From an uncultured Nitrospiraceae bacterium (lineage in GTDB: Bacteria; Nitrospirota; Nitrospiria; Nitrospirales; Nitrospiraceae), in assembly GCA_963730935.1 (NCBI GenBank), contig CAVSTP010000004.1:864001-928000 (forward strand): DNA of 64,000 bases. Direction: 5' to 3'. The position numbers were made by a program, and so were the translations under genes. Numbering within the stretch: position 1 is the stretch's first letter; the number at the start of each line of letters is the position of its first letter. Below, piece after piece: positions 38,111 to 48,416 of the stretch. The notes beneath the pieces were generated by a model. That model had not been told where the DNA came from. It saw nothing but the letters and a program-made list of their open reading frames with translations, and ran no database searches.

Positions 38111-38702
38111 ATGTCAGAACAGCTCACGGCAAAACGGATCATTGAACTGCTCGGCTTGAAGCCGCATCCAACATGCGGCTTCGTCGCGGAAACCTACCGA
38201 GCGCAGGAACGCGTCCCCGACGAAGCCTTGCCCACTGCGTATGCCGGGAGCCGGCCGTTTGCATCGGTACTCTATTCATGGTGAGCGCCGACGCGCAGAT
38301 CCGTCTACACCGCATACGGTCTGACCAGATGTATCACCATTATATGGGTGAGCCGCTGGAAGTCCTTCACCTGTCCCGGACGGGACAGGTGAGATCACAA
38401 TCATCGGTCCTGATTTGGCTGCCGGCATGCGCCCGCAATTGCTGATTCCCGGCGGAACGTTTCACACGTCGCGCTTGCGGAACATCAGCGCACCGACGGG
38501 ATTCGCATTGCTTGGCACCACCGAGTGGCCGGGGCTCGAATCACCCGATCTCGAACTGGCGGACCCAACGAAGCTGATCGCGGCCTGCCCTACCCTCCGC
38601 CGCGAGATCGAAGAATTCACCAGGACTCAGGGCGCGGATAGTGTCCAAGCAGCCGGCGGAAGACTATCTATGAGCCGGCCAGAAGATATGAAGAATCAGT
38701 GA
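38111..38702 (+). pseudogene. Cupin (DUF985-like) gene with two frameshifts
   Basis: LGLKPHPTCGFVAETYR / HRIRSDQMYHHYMGEPL / RPQLLIPGGTFH lie in three successive frames, with shifts near 38275 and 38375. Confidence 0.85.
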
Positions 38703-38708
38703 GGCGGA

Positions 38709-38993
38709 TTACGCTACCCGAACGCGGATCAACCCACCCGTGATCGCCGTCTTAAGTAGCTGCGCCGTGTTTGAGACTCGCATTTTTTTCATCATATTCG
38801 CGCGGTGAGCCTCCACGGTCTTGACGCTGATCTTCAGCCGTTGCCCAACCTCTTTATTCTTGAAACCGGCCCAAATTAGTTCGAGAATTTCCTGCTCCCT
38901 CGACGTCAATGACTCTGGTCGTTTGGCCCTAGGCGGCGGTTGGATGTCAGCGGGCACCATACGGTGGATGGGCTTTTGTCTTCGTCGTAGCAT
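38709..38993 (-). CDS. LuxR-type HTH-only regulator
   Basis: LTSREQEIL...NKEVG..L.IS.KTVEAHRAN.MKK. Confidence 0.9.
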   Translation of the reverse strand: MLRRRQKPIHRMVPADIQPPPRAKRPESLTSREQEILELIWAGFKNKEVGQRLKISVKTVEAHRANMMKKMRVSNTAQLLKTAITGGLIRVRVA

Positions 38994-39076
38994 GCTTACT
39001 CCCTTTCTATCAGTTCGCAGAAGTTTCCGTACGAGCTAGAGTCTAGGAGTTTAATCACCCGCTTCGCCTCAATATA

Positions 39077-39092
39077 CTAGGTATCTCCCTAA
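39077..39092. promoter_or_regulatory. TAGG-N6-CCTA inverted repeat (NarL/RcsB-like box)
   Basis: CTAGGTATCTCCCTAA upstream of the LuxR gene. Confidence 0.45.
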
Positions 39093-39273
39093 GCATCTCT
39101 TTCGACCCAGTCTGAAGTTGTCCTACAGCGGCTCTCGAGAACTTGTCTAGAAGTTGCCTCGCAAATCTGCTTAAACACTACATTATTTCATCTAGGTAGG
39201 CTCTTGCTGCCCGTCTACAACTAGAGCTACAATTGGGGCCTCCAAGGAAGGGCCTCCAAGGGGAGGCAGGCCA

Positions 39274-39666
39274 ATGCGCTACAGTCGATTCACCAGGCGC
39301 ACCGACGTTACTGGAGAGGCTTCTGTCAGGCTGCTGTTGACGGAGGACTCCGACGACGGCACCTTGCTTGATCTTTCTCGTCAAGGGGCTCGGCTCCGTA
39401 TCAATCGTTTATTTGAGCCGGGCCAGAAACTCGCTCTAATACTGAATCTTCCCTGGGACGAACCGCCCGTGGAAGTGCGTCTTGCCGCCGTCAAGTGGAT
39501 GAAGGACAACAACGTCGGCGTTGAGTTTCTCAAGCTTGGAGACGACGATCGCGTTTCGCTCGATGTGTTTCTCTCCTCTCGCTCGACGCTACAAGAGAAT
39601 CACGCTTTATCTCGTACGTCCACTCCTGCTCGACCTCAACATAGACCTTCGGCCCCCCAACCATGA
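39274..39666 (+). CDS. PilZ domain protein
   Basis: RFTRR, DLSRQG and VKW...GVEF motifs. Confidence 0.85.
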   Translation: MRYSRFTRRTDVTGEASVRLLLTEDSDDGTLLDLSRQGARLRINRLFEPGQKLALILNLPWDEPPVEVRLAAVKWMKDNNVGVEFLKLGDDDRVSLDVFLSSRSTLQENHALSRTSTPARPQHRPSAPQP

Positions 39667-39699
39667 CCATTCCCAAACGACAGCCTGTCTCCAGAAATT

Positions 39700-40158
39700 C
39701 TAATTCCAATTATCGATTTTGACATCATCGGGAGAAGGTTTACCTTTCCCGCTCTCAGCGAGTTCTCTGAGACTCAACATGAACGTTGCCCATTTCATGC
39801 TGCAATGAGAAGTGAACTCGTTTACCTCGCGCCAGTGGTTATGGGCGAAGAGGACGATGGCGTAATCCCCGTCCTGGTGAAGGGTAAACTCAACATCTGT
39901 TCCCACCCATTCCTCTGGACCCGCTTGAACGCGCCAATGCACTGTCTTGTTTGGATCTAAGGCCATGACCTCCATCTTCATGCACCCGATTTCTTTCCCA
40001 TCCGTTGAATGGAAACGAACCTCAATCGTTCCACCAACCCTGGATGAACCAGAAGTATGCTTTGTCCACCAACCGGCGACGCCCTCGATCGTCGATAGCG
40101 CTGCGTAAACCTTGGAAACTGGTGCCTTGATCCCAACTCTGTGATTGATATCTGCCAT
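39700..40158 (-). CDS. SRPBCC / AHSA1-like START domain protein
   Basis: VYAALST..G.AGWW, GPEEWVGT and HCSMKW motifs. Confidence 0.88.
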   Translation of the reverse strand: MADINHRVGIKAPVSKVYAALSTIEGVAGWWTKHTSGSSRVGGTIEVRFHSTDGKEIGCMKMEVMALDPNKTVHWRVQAGPEEWVGTDVEFTLHQDGDYAIVLFAHNHWREVNEFTSHCSMKWATFMLSLRELAESGKGKPSPDDVKIDNWN

Positions 40159-40334
40159 CTTCCCCTCCTTTGCGTGTGTTTCATGTAGACGCCCATTAGC
40201 TAGTCGCTTAAGGGCGGCAAAATCGACAATCACTAGGCACCACCCGACGTATGCCTCTAGTGCACCACTCTGTGGCCTAGGCCTCACTTCTCACCGTAGA
40301 ACTTTCTTCGTCTAAACCGTAGAATGCCACCTCC

Positions 40335-40772
40335 ATGATTTTGCATATCGACCATGTGACCGTTGTGGTGCGGGACGTCGCCAAGGCGAAAGCCTTCTTT
40401 TCACTCCTCGGATTCGTCGAGGAGAAGTCGGTGATCATCTCTGGGCCGACATTCGCCCGATATATGGCCGTAGAAGGGATCGAAGCCGAGCATGTCACGC
40501 TGGTGTCGAAACAGGCCCCCCCTCGCTTTGAAATTCAGCTTCTCCGATACATTTGGCCGCAGCACCTCGCCGAGGCCAATGTGGAAAACCTGGCGAAGCC
40601 GGGCTACAACCACATTTGTTTTGCGGTGACCGACTTGGATGCGGAGGTGAGACGGTTGACCAGCCAGGGCGTGACCCTACGAACCGAGGTCCTGGATTTC
40701 CACGCCAGGAAGCTGGTGTTTCTCTCCGGCCCAGAGGACATTACGGTGGAATTGGCCGAGTGGCACCCTTAA
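40335..40772 (+). CDS. VOC / glyoxalase family protein
   Basis: IDHVTVVV.D, GYNHICFAV.D and GPEDITVEL motifs; preceded by TAGAAC-N17-TAGAAT (40297-40325). Confidence 0.9.
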   Translation: MILHIDHVTVVVRDVAKAKAFFSLLGFVEEKSVIISGPTFARYMAVEGIEAEHVTLVSKQAPPRFEIQLLRYIWPQHLAEANVENLAKPGYNHICFAVTDLDAEVRRLTSQGVTLRTEVLDFHARKLVFLSGPEDITVELAEWHP

Positions 40773-41177
40773 TCCTCTTCTGCCATTGATCTGCCATGAT
40801 CGCGCAGAACCATTACTGACAACGCCTCGGACTACCCCCGCGTTCAATCCCGAGCTCCCCGCAGCACGCCGAATTGTGCAAATACTTTACATTGTTTTTA
40901 CGCCTTCATTGTTTGCTTTCGTCCCACAAAGGCGTTTGAAAGGGATTTGGGTGTTTCGTCTTTGCTTGGCACTGCTCGGGGCATACGACGCCCGCGTTGA
41001 GAGTGCGTGCTCGAATGAAATTCGGAAGGCGACAAGGCGCAGTTGTCCAAAGGTGTCCACTCACTGCTGCTTAAGACCTACAGCGATTCGATCAGTGCGG
41101 GAAGGAATCGCAGACGGCTGCGTAGTAAATCATATGTAGAATAATCGTGTTTTGATTACAGCGTCGTCAGCCTTCGG

Positions 41178-41193
41178 TGGTATTCTAGTTGCA
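41178..41193 (+). promoter_or_regulatory. Sigma54 promoter
   Basis: TGGTATTCTAGTTGCA (GG-N10-GC). Confidence 0.6.
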
Positions 41194-41265
41194 GTTGTGT
41201 AGTTACAGATGCGGAGGGTGCCGGACAGACAGATCAATCACTCAACGCCTGGAGAGGAGCGAACC

Positions 41266-41526
41266 ATGGCACTATGGCGACGGTTATGGAACTTTCGGCG
41301 ATGGAAAAAAGCCACCACTCCCATGCTGCTCAATGCTGACACGGGGGAACTGCTTCCGCTCTCCAGCCATACGGCGCCACCCGACGGCAAGTGGTTGCTT
41401 CGCCGTCCACTTACCCTGCCGGGGAGTCCAGTACCGCTCTTCCTCGAAGTTCGTGGCATTCCTGAGCGGAAAAAGCGCCGTGCCGTCGAACCCTCTGCCG
41501 CCTCAGCTCGAACCACGGCATCGTAG
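41266..41526 (+). CDS. Small basic hypothetical protein
   Basis: GAGGAG RBS and an upstream sigma54 site. Confidence 0.5.
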   Translation: MALWRRLWNFRRWKKATTPMLLNADTGELLPLSSHTAPPDGKWLLRRPLTLPGSPVPLFLEVRGIPERKKRRAVEPSAASARTTAS

Positions 41527-41537
41527 AAGATTAAGAG

Positions 41538-42164
41538 TCATCCGGTTCTGATGATTTTTTCGGGATAGAAGTACTTCTCGTACACCTCTCTCGCTTTCCT
41601 GTAGTCGTTGTCGGTGACGTACTTGAGTCGATAATTGAATCGACACTTATGGTCTTTTTCGTATTCGTACACGTCTTGAATGAACGACACAATTTGCTCG
41701 AGATCTGACGTCTGGTCGCCCTTCACCAAACCCGCAATCAGATCGCCAGGAATGTCTCCGATCACTTGGACGGTTTCCGCACCGTTCTCAACGCTGGCCT
41801 CGAGCAACGTATTATTGTCCTTCTGACACAGGGCATACCCTCGCTTCAGGTTTTCCACGGCTTCCTGAAACCCTTCCTTAGAAGCCACCTTGGCGCCGAC
41901 CAGGAGCTTCAACTCATCAACGAACACGGTCATATCGCCAAGCTGTCTCTCTAACTCGGTATTTTTCTCCGCTGTCGTATCAAGCCTCGCGTGAAGACTC
42001 GCCTCTTGTTTTTTTGTCTCCTCGACGCCTTGGAGCGGCTCGTGCCCCCTGCCCTCCACGTTCTCCGTCACATAGACGATCATCGCCCCAAAGAACAGCA
42101 AGAGGATCACTTGAACAAGCGACAAGCCAAACACCCAGTTTGAACGCGATTCAGCGTCTCGCAC
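41538..42164 (-). CDS. Single-TM coiled-coil protein, partner of the MotA/ZorA-like gene
   Basis: N-terminal TM helix, coiled coil, globular C-terminal domain; overlaps the upstream gene by 14 nt. Confidence 0.75.
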   Translation of the reverse strand: MRDAESRSNWVFGLSLVQVILLLFFGAMIVYVTENVEGRGHEPLQGVEETKKQEASLHARLDTTAEKNTELERQLGDMTVFVDELKLLVGAKVASKEGFQEAVENLKRGYALCQKDNNTLLEASVENGAETVQVIGDIPGDLIAGLVKGDQTSDLEQIVSFIQDVYEYEKDHKCRFNYRLKYVTDNDYRKAREVYEKYFYPEKIIRTG

Positions 42165-43395
42165 CGGAATGCTCCTCGGTGACTCGCTCTTTCATGAAGA
42201 ACAACATGCCCCGCATCGTGGACTCGATCGCTTGGCTCGCTTCGAGGCTTGAACTGATGGATTGCTGCACGTTCGTGAGGCCAGTTCTGACCTCAGCCGC
42301 CATGGAGGCCGACGACAACTCCTTCAGCTCCGTTTCGAATGCTGACAATTGGGCGGAGACCGTCGACACGGCTGATCGCAGCGACTGCAAGCTAGTGAGC
42401 TGGCCATCCAATTCTGAACGGCTCTTTTCCAACACCACGGTCATGTCGATAAATTGTTCCGTTCTGTCCTTGATCTTGTGGGAGAGATCATTGATCGCGA
42501 CGCCCACCCGCCTCGCGGCTTCTGACCCGCAGAGCGACTCACCGAATGTAGTCGCTGTTTCGGCTGCATGCATCAAGCTCGTTTCCAGGCGGTGCGCCGC
42601 CTGTTCGAACCCTTGTCCCTGTTTTCCTACTGCGGCAACGAACTTCGTCACCTCTGCCGTGAGCATTTCCTGGGGGATTCGTATGGCCGAGAGCCGCCCC
42701 AGGATTTCGTGAAGAGAAGATTCAAGGCCTTCGCTCATTGCGTGGGCCATGGTCCGGTGTTGCTCGGCGATCTTTTCGCGCACATCTGCCAATGATCGCA
42801 CAAGATCATGGAGGGTGCCACCAAGATCACTGGCTGCGCGTTCTCTGAAGGAAGTGATTTCCATCGTGGCCTCGTTGATCTGTTGGACGAGAGCCGCCAT
42901 GCGGTGGTCGATCACTTCTTGGCCATGGACGAGCCGATCGGGATGCGTGTCCTGAAATTGGATGATCACCAGCCGAAACAGCATTCCGCAAAATGTCGTG
43001 GCCAACGCGTACCCGAAGGTCGTCAGCAACGCCTCCGTGGTCAATCTGGGGGCTGGCCACAGGACAAACGCTGAGATCAGCGCAAAGATCGCCCAAAGGA
43101 ACCCCATATAGTAGAACGAATCTGCAAACTGGATGGTGTTCTTTTTCGGAAGCGAAAATCCGTAGCCTCCGTAAGCCACGAGGAGGACTGCAAGCACCAG
43201 CATGGTTATCGGCGGTGAAGTCTGTGAGATCGAAGAGTATGCCAAACCTGCGACACCGGCCAGGCTCGTGCATAGCCACGCGGCTCCCAGTTTCAAATGA
43301 CTCAGTGCCGCATCGTCGTTCGAGAGCTCGATTTCTTCCAGTTCATCAGAAGCTGGCGTTGGCCTGTCTAAGGGCACGGTTGGAAGTCGATGCAT
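42151..43395 (-). CDS. MotA/TolQ/ExbB/ZorA-like membrane protein with long coiled-coil tail
   Basis: TM helices incl. ADSFYYMGFLW and FGYALATTFCGM, followed by ~220 aa of heptad-rich tail. Confidence 0.7.
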   Translation of the reverse strand: MHRLPTVPLDRPTPASDELEEIELSNDDAALSHLKLGAAWLCTSLAGVAGLAYSSISQTSPPITMLVLAVLLVAYGGYGFSLPKKNTIQFADSFYYMGFLWAIFALISAFVLWPAPRLTTEALLTTFGYALATTFCGMLFRLVIIQFQDTHPDRLVHGQEVIDHRMAALVQQINEATMEITSFRERAASDLGGTLHDLVRSLADVREKIAEQHRTMAHAMSEGLESSLHEILGRLSAIRIPQEMLTAEVTKFVAAVGKQGQGFEQAAHRLETSLMHAAETATTFGESLCGSEAARRVGVAINDLSHKIKDRTEQFIDMTVVLEKSRSELDGQLTSLQSLRSAVSTVSAQLSAFETELKELSSASMAAEVRTGLTNVQQSISSSLEASQAIESTMRGMLFFMKERVTEEHSGARR

Positions 43396-43468
43396 AACTC
43401 CCTCCTCACCGTTATGCTGAAGGCAGCCTGTTTCGCCCCTATCATCAGGTCTATGTCCCCCTCCAATA

Positions 43469-43486
43469 ACTAGGGATGCCCCTAGT
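43469..43486. promoter_or_regulatory. TAGG-N6-CCTA palindrome
   Basis: ACTAGGGATGCCCCTAGT upstream of the MotA/ZorA-like pair. Confidence 0.5.
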
Positions 43487-43615
43487 GGAAGGACTGTCAC
43501 TGCAGTCCGTGGTCGTCAGGAGCCCATCACGGCAAGCGATGGTCGGTCGGAGGGTTACCTGAATTAGCCGGGATGAGGAGACGTGATCTTACATGAGGGC
43601 AATAATTAGGAGCCT

Positions 43616-44254
43616 TCACCGGGATCGTAGCAACCACACATGTTCTTTGGCAGGACATTTGCCCTTTAATCCGCCGGGGACGTCAGCGCTCGCAAGGAGC
43701 CTGAGATCATACATGCCTCTGTAATGGCGATTGACTTCCTCGTGGCTGATTGAGAAGGGAGGCCCGTCCATCACGCGTTGATCGTACTGATAGCAGATAA
43801 GCAACTGCGGAGCCTTGTTGGTCAGCTCTGTAAGGTGCGCCGTATATTGAGGCCGCATGGTTTCTGGCATCGCCACCAGCGCTGCCCGGTCATACACGGC
43901 ATCGACCGGACCAAGCAGTGTTCGCGACAACGCAAAGATATCGCCCACGAAGATGTCGAGATGCCGTGCGCTCCACTGATGGACTTCGCCGGCTCCCGAT
44001 ATGTCCGGCTGCAGGCCGAGATCCATGAACAATTGCTCGATCGCCAATTGACTCAATTCCGCTCCGGCAACACGATAGCCATTCGACAAGAGCCACGAGA
44101 TATCACGGGTTTTTCCGCATAACGGAAGAAATATCCGACGGCCTTTTGCCAAAGACAGCTCGTTGAGATATTGCACCAGGAGTGCATTGGGCTTCCCTTC
44201 GTGGAACGCAGTTTCGTTTTTCTCCCACCGTTGGTGCCAAAAGTTTGCATCCAT
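43616..44254 (-). CDS. tpm: Thiopurine S-methyltransferase
   Basis: FWHQRW, PLCGKTRD, YDRAALVA and GPPFS motifs. Confidence 0.93.
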   Translation of the reverse strand: MDANFWHQRWEKNETAFHEGKPNALLVQYLNELSLAKGRRIFLPLCGKTRDISWLLSNGYRVAGAELSQLAIEQLFMDLGLQPDISGAGEVHQWSARHLDIFVGDIFALSRTLLGPVDAVYDRAALVAMPETMRPQYTAHLTELTNKAPQLLICYQYDQRVMDGPPFSISHEEVNRHYRGMYDLRLLASADVPGGLKGKCPAKEHVWLLRSR

Positions 44255-44426
44255 GGCGCGGGATTCTTGTAGTTGTGCAATCAATTGTCAATGGCCATAC
44301 CACTGGCCTCCCCCTATGTTTGGCTCGGTCATCTCACAGACAGCAATTCATTGCCAGACCATGGCTTTGTTGCTACGCTCGAATTCGCACGCTGAGTGGT
44401 GAACAAGCACCAAAAGAAAGATTCCC

Positions 44427-45326
44427 ATGTCACCGAACCCATCCTGGGCGATAGAGGACGACGGTTCTTCGAGAGTCCTGTGCATTGGGAACCGCCAGTT
44501 CAGGACCAATTACTCCAGACAAATCATTGAACTCCTCATTACACGCAAGGGACCCGAGCGAGCGTCCCAATTTCTTGTGCATCACGACGCACGCTGCTGG
44601 TTCCTGAAGCCGCTTTTTGAGAGGCTCAATCAGGAACACCGTCAGTTGCGGATTTTGGAGGTCGGCTGCTCGGCGGGGCACCTAACGGAATTCTTGAGTG
44701 AGCAACCCTCCACAGGAGAAATCTACTCGTTTGACGTGGATCGAGCCATGGTCGACGTTGCACGTCTCAAACAGCAAGAACTGAACCTCTGCAAGGTCAA
44801 GCGTGTGGATCATTACACGGTGCAACAGACGCGATCGTTGCCCTACGAGAATGACTTCTTTGATATGGTGATTGCCGCTGCCGTCGTCGAACACTTGCCG
44901 TTTGAATCCAGGCACATGTACGTGGATGAGTACTATCGAGTGCTTCGTGTTGGAGGAGTGGTTGGTTTTTGGGATACCCCTAATCGATACTTTCCTTTCG
45001 AGTCACATTCCGTTGGCCTGCCATTGATCTCGCTGCTTCCGCCTCAAATCGCCTATGCATATGCGAGGCTGTTCAAACATAGCAAGATGAAGGATGTGAA
45101 CTTCCCATTATTTGTTCGCGCTGGTACCGGGTGGAGGAATTCCAGCTATTATGAATTGCTCCCGAAATCCCTCATGATTGATGTGGCAGACGTATCGGAG
45201 GAATTCGGTTATCAGTCGGGATGCGGACGATTCGCCAAGCTCATGGCGAGAATTCTCCGTGTCCCACCAAGCTTCTTCTCTCCACGCCTCAATGTGGTGT
45301 TCCGGAAACTCCGACAATACGAGTGA
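44427..45326 (+). CDS. Class I SAM-dependent methyltransferase
   Basis: ILEVGCSAG, FDMVI...VVEH and TPNR motifs. Confidence 0.85.
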   Translation: MSPNPSWAIEDDGSSRVLCIGNRQFRTNYSRQIIELLITRKGPERASQFLVHHDARCWFLKPLFERLNQEHRQLRILEVGCSAGHLTEFLSEQPSTGEIYSFDVDRAMVDVARLKQQELNLCKVKRVDHYTVQQTRSLPYENDFFDMVIAAAVVEHLPFESRHMYVDEYYRVLRVGGVVGFWDTPNRYFPFESHSVGLPLISLLPPQIAYAYARLFKHSKMKDVNFPLFVRAGTGWRNSSYYELLPKSLMIDVADVSEEFGYQSGCGRFAKLMARILRVPPSFFSPRLNVVFRKLRQYE

Positions 45327-45357
45327 GCGCGGAGTTAACCCGGCGCTCCCCCATCTA

Positions 45358-45708
45358 TCACTTGTTCGACTTGCAACCAAACCAGAAGAAGGTTGATGAG
45401 ATGACGCCGACAACGGCGAAGAAGACCATCGGCTGCCATTTCCCATGAAGAAAACTGAGAGCGGCCAGGGCAACGACGACGACCCACCATTTGACGAATT
45501 TCTTCACGCGCCCCTGTAACGAGAACCGGTCCGATCGTCCTAACGTCCGGCCCACCGCGATCGACGCGAGTCCTCCCATAACCGCCGCTACGTACAGCCA
45601 CTCCTCTCTGTCCGACATCATCGAGAAGACAAGGCCCAGGGCGATTGCGAAGGGGGTCCACTGAATCAATCGATCAGAGCCTGACCCCGTTTGCTCTGCG
45701 ACCGGCAT
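45358..45708 (-). CDS. Hypothetical 4-TM membrane protein
   Basis: Four hydrophobic segments; directly follows the YihY gene. Confidence 0.6.
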   Translation of the reverse strand: MPVAEQTGSGSDRLIQWTPFAIALGLVFSMMSDREEWLYVAAVMGGLASIAVGRTLGRSDRFSLQGRVKKFVKWWVVVVALAALSFLHGKWQPMVFFAVVGVISSTFFWFGCKSNK

Positions 45709-45715
45709 TGACGTG

Positions 45716-46705
45716 TTATCGCTGTCCGCTTCGCTGGATGGAGTGCTGTTCCGCCTCATTGCTTTTGGCCGGCTCTCCGACTGCAACGGCATCGTCGGCA
45801 GCGACCAACCGGGAGCCGCACTCGCTGGCATAGACCGCCGTGAACTCTGCGCCCAACAAGAGGATTTGAGCGGAGTAGAAGGCCCACAATAGAATGACTA
45901 CCAGCGGACCGGCGGTCCCGTACAACGACACAATGATCGTCTTGCCGAGATACAAGATTATGAGCCATCTGCCCACGGAAAATAAGGCGGCAGTAACCGC
46001 TGCACCGATCCACACATCGGCCCAGGCGACCTTGGCTTGAGGCAGCAGCTTGAAGATCAGGGCAAACAGGACCATGACGCCCGCGAACGAGATCACGCCG
46101 ACGATGACATTGTTCCTTAGAGCGGTGCCGGGAAGGTGCGAGGCGAACGCTTCGACACCGGCCACGAGAACGAGCGATACGAGGAGAAGAAAGGCCGTTC
46201 CGAGCACCCCCAAGATCGACAGGAACCGGCGTCGGAAGTGACTCAGGGTTCCTCCCCCCCGTTTCGGTTTCACCCCCCAAATCGAGTTCAACGCGTCCTG
46301 CAGCACATCAAAGGCGCCCGCCAGTGCGAAGAACAGTACGGCCACCTCCACCATCGTGGCCAACGCTCCCGAGCCATTTTTCTGCCAGCTGTCAAGAAGC
46401 TGCGCGATGGCTTGCGAGCCCTGCTCACCGATAACCCGCTCGACTTGCTCCAACAGCAGCTGTTCCGCAGCACCCTCCCCGAGGAGAACCGTCGCAAGCT
46501 CCACAACGATGAACATCAGTGGCACGACGGCAAAGGCCGTGTAGTAGGCTAACCCCGCGCCAAATCGTAAGGTGGGATCGTCGTTCCACTTGCAAATGGC
46601 CTTGCGGAACAACGCCCAGAACGTTCGGGGATGCAGGGGACTTCTGTGCTGGCGCGAAGGAACGTACCCGTGAGCAGTCTCTGTTGCGCGCTGAGGCCGT
46701 GTCAT
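45716..46705 (-). CDS. YihY / virulence factor BrkB family protein
   Basis: GAGLAYY, LQDALNSIW and YSAQILLLGAEF motifs. Confidence 0.92.
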   Translation of the reverse strand: MTRPQRATETAHGYVPSRQHRSPLHPRTFWALFRKAICKWNDDPTLRFGAGLAYYTAFAVVPLMFIVVELATVLLGEGAAEQLLLEQVERVIGEQGSQAIAQLLDSWQKNGSGALATMVEVAVLFFALAGAFDVLQDALNSIWGVKPKRGGGTLSHFRRRFLSILGVLGTAFLLLVSLVLVAGVEAFASHLPGTALRNNVIVGVISFAGVMVLFALIFKLLPQAKVAWADVWIGAAVTAALFSVGRWLIILYLGKTIIVSLYGTAGPLVVILLWAFYSAQILLLGAEFTAVYASECGSRLVAADDAVAVGEPAKSNEAEQHSIQRSGQR

Positions 46706-46925
46706 CGTGGCTTCAGCATGCCTCAAACAACAGGGGAACGTCTATGCGGCAAAGGACTTGAGGCACCTGGCGGTGCACCCCAGAAGTTTGCGTAGTGGAC
46801 CCCCGGCCCGCCTGTCAATTCTGACAGTGTTCTCCCCACCTCTCTGTACCTATACTTTTCGGCGGGAAATGGCTTGGTCTCGGCTGCGTAGAACTCAGAG
46901 ATGTCTCACAGAGGCGGAGGTAGGT

Positions 46926-47348
46926 ATGAAATGGATTATCCTCACCGGATTCCCTGCGATTGCACTGACCTTTACCCTCGGGTGTTCGAGCCTCACCGTC
47001 GTCAAAGAACTCCATGATCAGCGATTCACCTCGACGGACCAACCGGTGGCCCACCTCAGCGCAAGAGTTGGCGGGATTTATCTGTTCTACTATCTTCCTC
47101 TTGTGACCGGAGATTCCGAGCAAGCGGACAGCATCCGCTTTTTCCGTCACGAGCCCGACGTCGAGCGCGTCGTGCACATGGTCACCAAGAAGAGCCAGGA
47201 ATTAGGGGCCACCCACCTCACGGATCTCTATTCCTGGTCGGATAGTGTCTGGGGTTCATTCAGTTTGATCTTCTGGTACCGATGGACCTCTGTCTCTGCC
47301 AATGCCTCGACGTTGCCCCAGGCTCCTGCGCCTCACACCATTCACTAG
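46926..47348 (+). CDS. Hypothetical lipoprotein
   Basis: TLGC lipobox; GGAGG RBS. Confidence 0.65.
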   Translation: MKWIILTGFPAIALTFTLGCSSLTVVKELHDQRFTSTDQPVAHLSARVGGIYLFYYLPLVTGDSEQADSIRFFRHEPDVERVVHMVTKKSQELGATHLTDLYSWSDSVWGSFSLIFWYRWTSVSANASTLPQAPAPHTIH

Positions 47349-47362
47349 ATGGAGGATACACG

Positions 47363-48367
47363 ATGTGGAAAGATCTCGCGGCGGTTGCAGTGCTCACCAT
47401 CGCCATAACACATCCCGTTCAACTCGCGGCTGAGGAAGCGCCAGCCAGTGAGAAATCGCTGGCAGAACAGCTTGTCGATGCGTTCAACGCCGTGTTTGGT
47501 GTCCACCCTGGTATGCGCGCCAATCATCCAAAGGGCGTCGTCCTTGAAGGCACGTTTACGCCGAGTCCTTCGGCGGCATCCTTGACCAAAGCCGCTCACC
47601 TTCAAAAGCGGAAGGCTCCGATTCCAGTGACGGTCCGTTTCTCTGCCGGCTCGGGGCTTCCGACGGTCCCGGATACGAACGATATGCCGCGCGGCATGGC
47701 TGTGAAATTTGCGCTGCCGGACGGAACGAAGACGGATCTCGTCGTCCTGTCCTTCAACGGCTTTCCGGTGGCCAATGCCGAAGAGTTCAGGGACTTCTTG
47801 CTCGCGGTCGCCGCAAGCGGCCCCGACGCTCCAAAACCCACGGAGTTGGAAAAATTCTTGGGGGCCCACCCGGCCGCGAAAGCCTTCGTAGAGACGCCGA
47901 AGCCGCCACCGGTGAGTTACGGCACGCTGCCCTACTTTGGGATCAACGCGTTCAAGTTCACTAACGCCAAGGGAACCGCCACCCACGTGCGTTATCAACT
48001 CCAACCGGTCGCAGGCGACAAATACTTATCCAAAGAGCAGGTCGCAGCGATGGGGCCGGATTATTTGACCGATGAAATACGTGAACGCGTTCGTCGGGGT
48101 CCGGTGAAATTCGACCTGCTTGCACAGGTGGCCGAGCAGGGTGACACGATCGATAATCCTACGATCGTGTGGCCGGATACCCGGAAGAAGGTCAAATTGG
48201 GCACGATCACGATCACCAAGGCAGTGGCCGACAGCCAGGCAGCTGAAAAGAAGCTCCTGTTTGTCCCGGGCGCGTTGGTTCCGGGCATCGAGGCGGCCGA
48301 TCCGATGATCGGCGCACGGTCGGCGGCTTACATTGTGTCGCTCTCGCGTCGAGCCCAGGCTCAATAG
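47363..48367 (+). CDS. Periplasmic catalase-related heme peroxidase (SrpA-like)
   Basis: RANHPKG distal His, VRFS, RGMAVKF and RSAAY proximal Tyr; signal peptide. Confidence 0.9.
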   Translation: MWKDLAAVAVLTIAITHPVQLAAEEAPASEKSLAEQLVDAFNAVFGVHPGMRANHPKGVVLEGTFTPSPSAASLTKAAHLQKRKAPIPVTVRFSAGSGLPTVPDTNDMPRGMAVKFALPDGTKTDLVVLSFNGFPVANAEEFRDFLLAVAASGPDAPKPTELEKFLGAHPAAKAFVETPKPPPVSYGTLPYFGINAFKFTNAKGTATHVRYQLQPVAGDKYLSKEQVAAMGPDYLTDEIRERVRRGPVKFDLLAQVAEQGDTIDNPTIVWPDTRKKVKLGTITITKAVADSQAAEKKLLFVPGALVPGIEAADPMIGARSAAYIVSLSRRAQAQ

Positions 48368-48416
48368 CGGAATAATTGGCGGAGCCAGGGAGGAGATTGC
48401 TCGACTGGCGGAGAGT

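Noticed and set aside
40786..41139. 117-aa ORF in a long intergenic gap
   Set aside because: TTG start, no RBS and no protein-like features.
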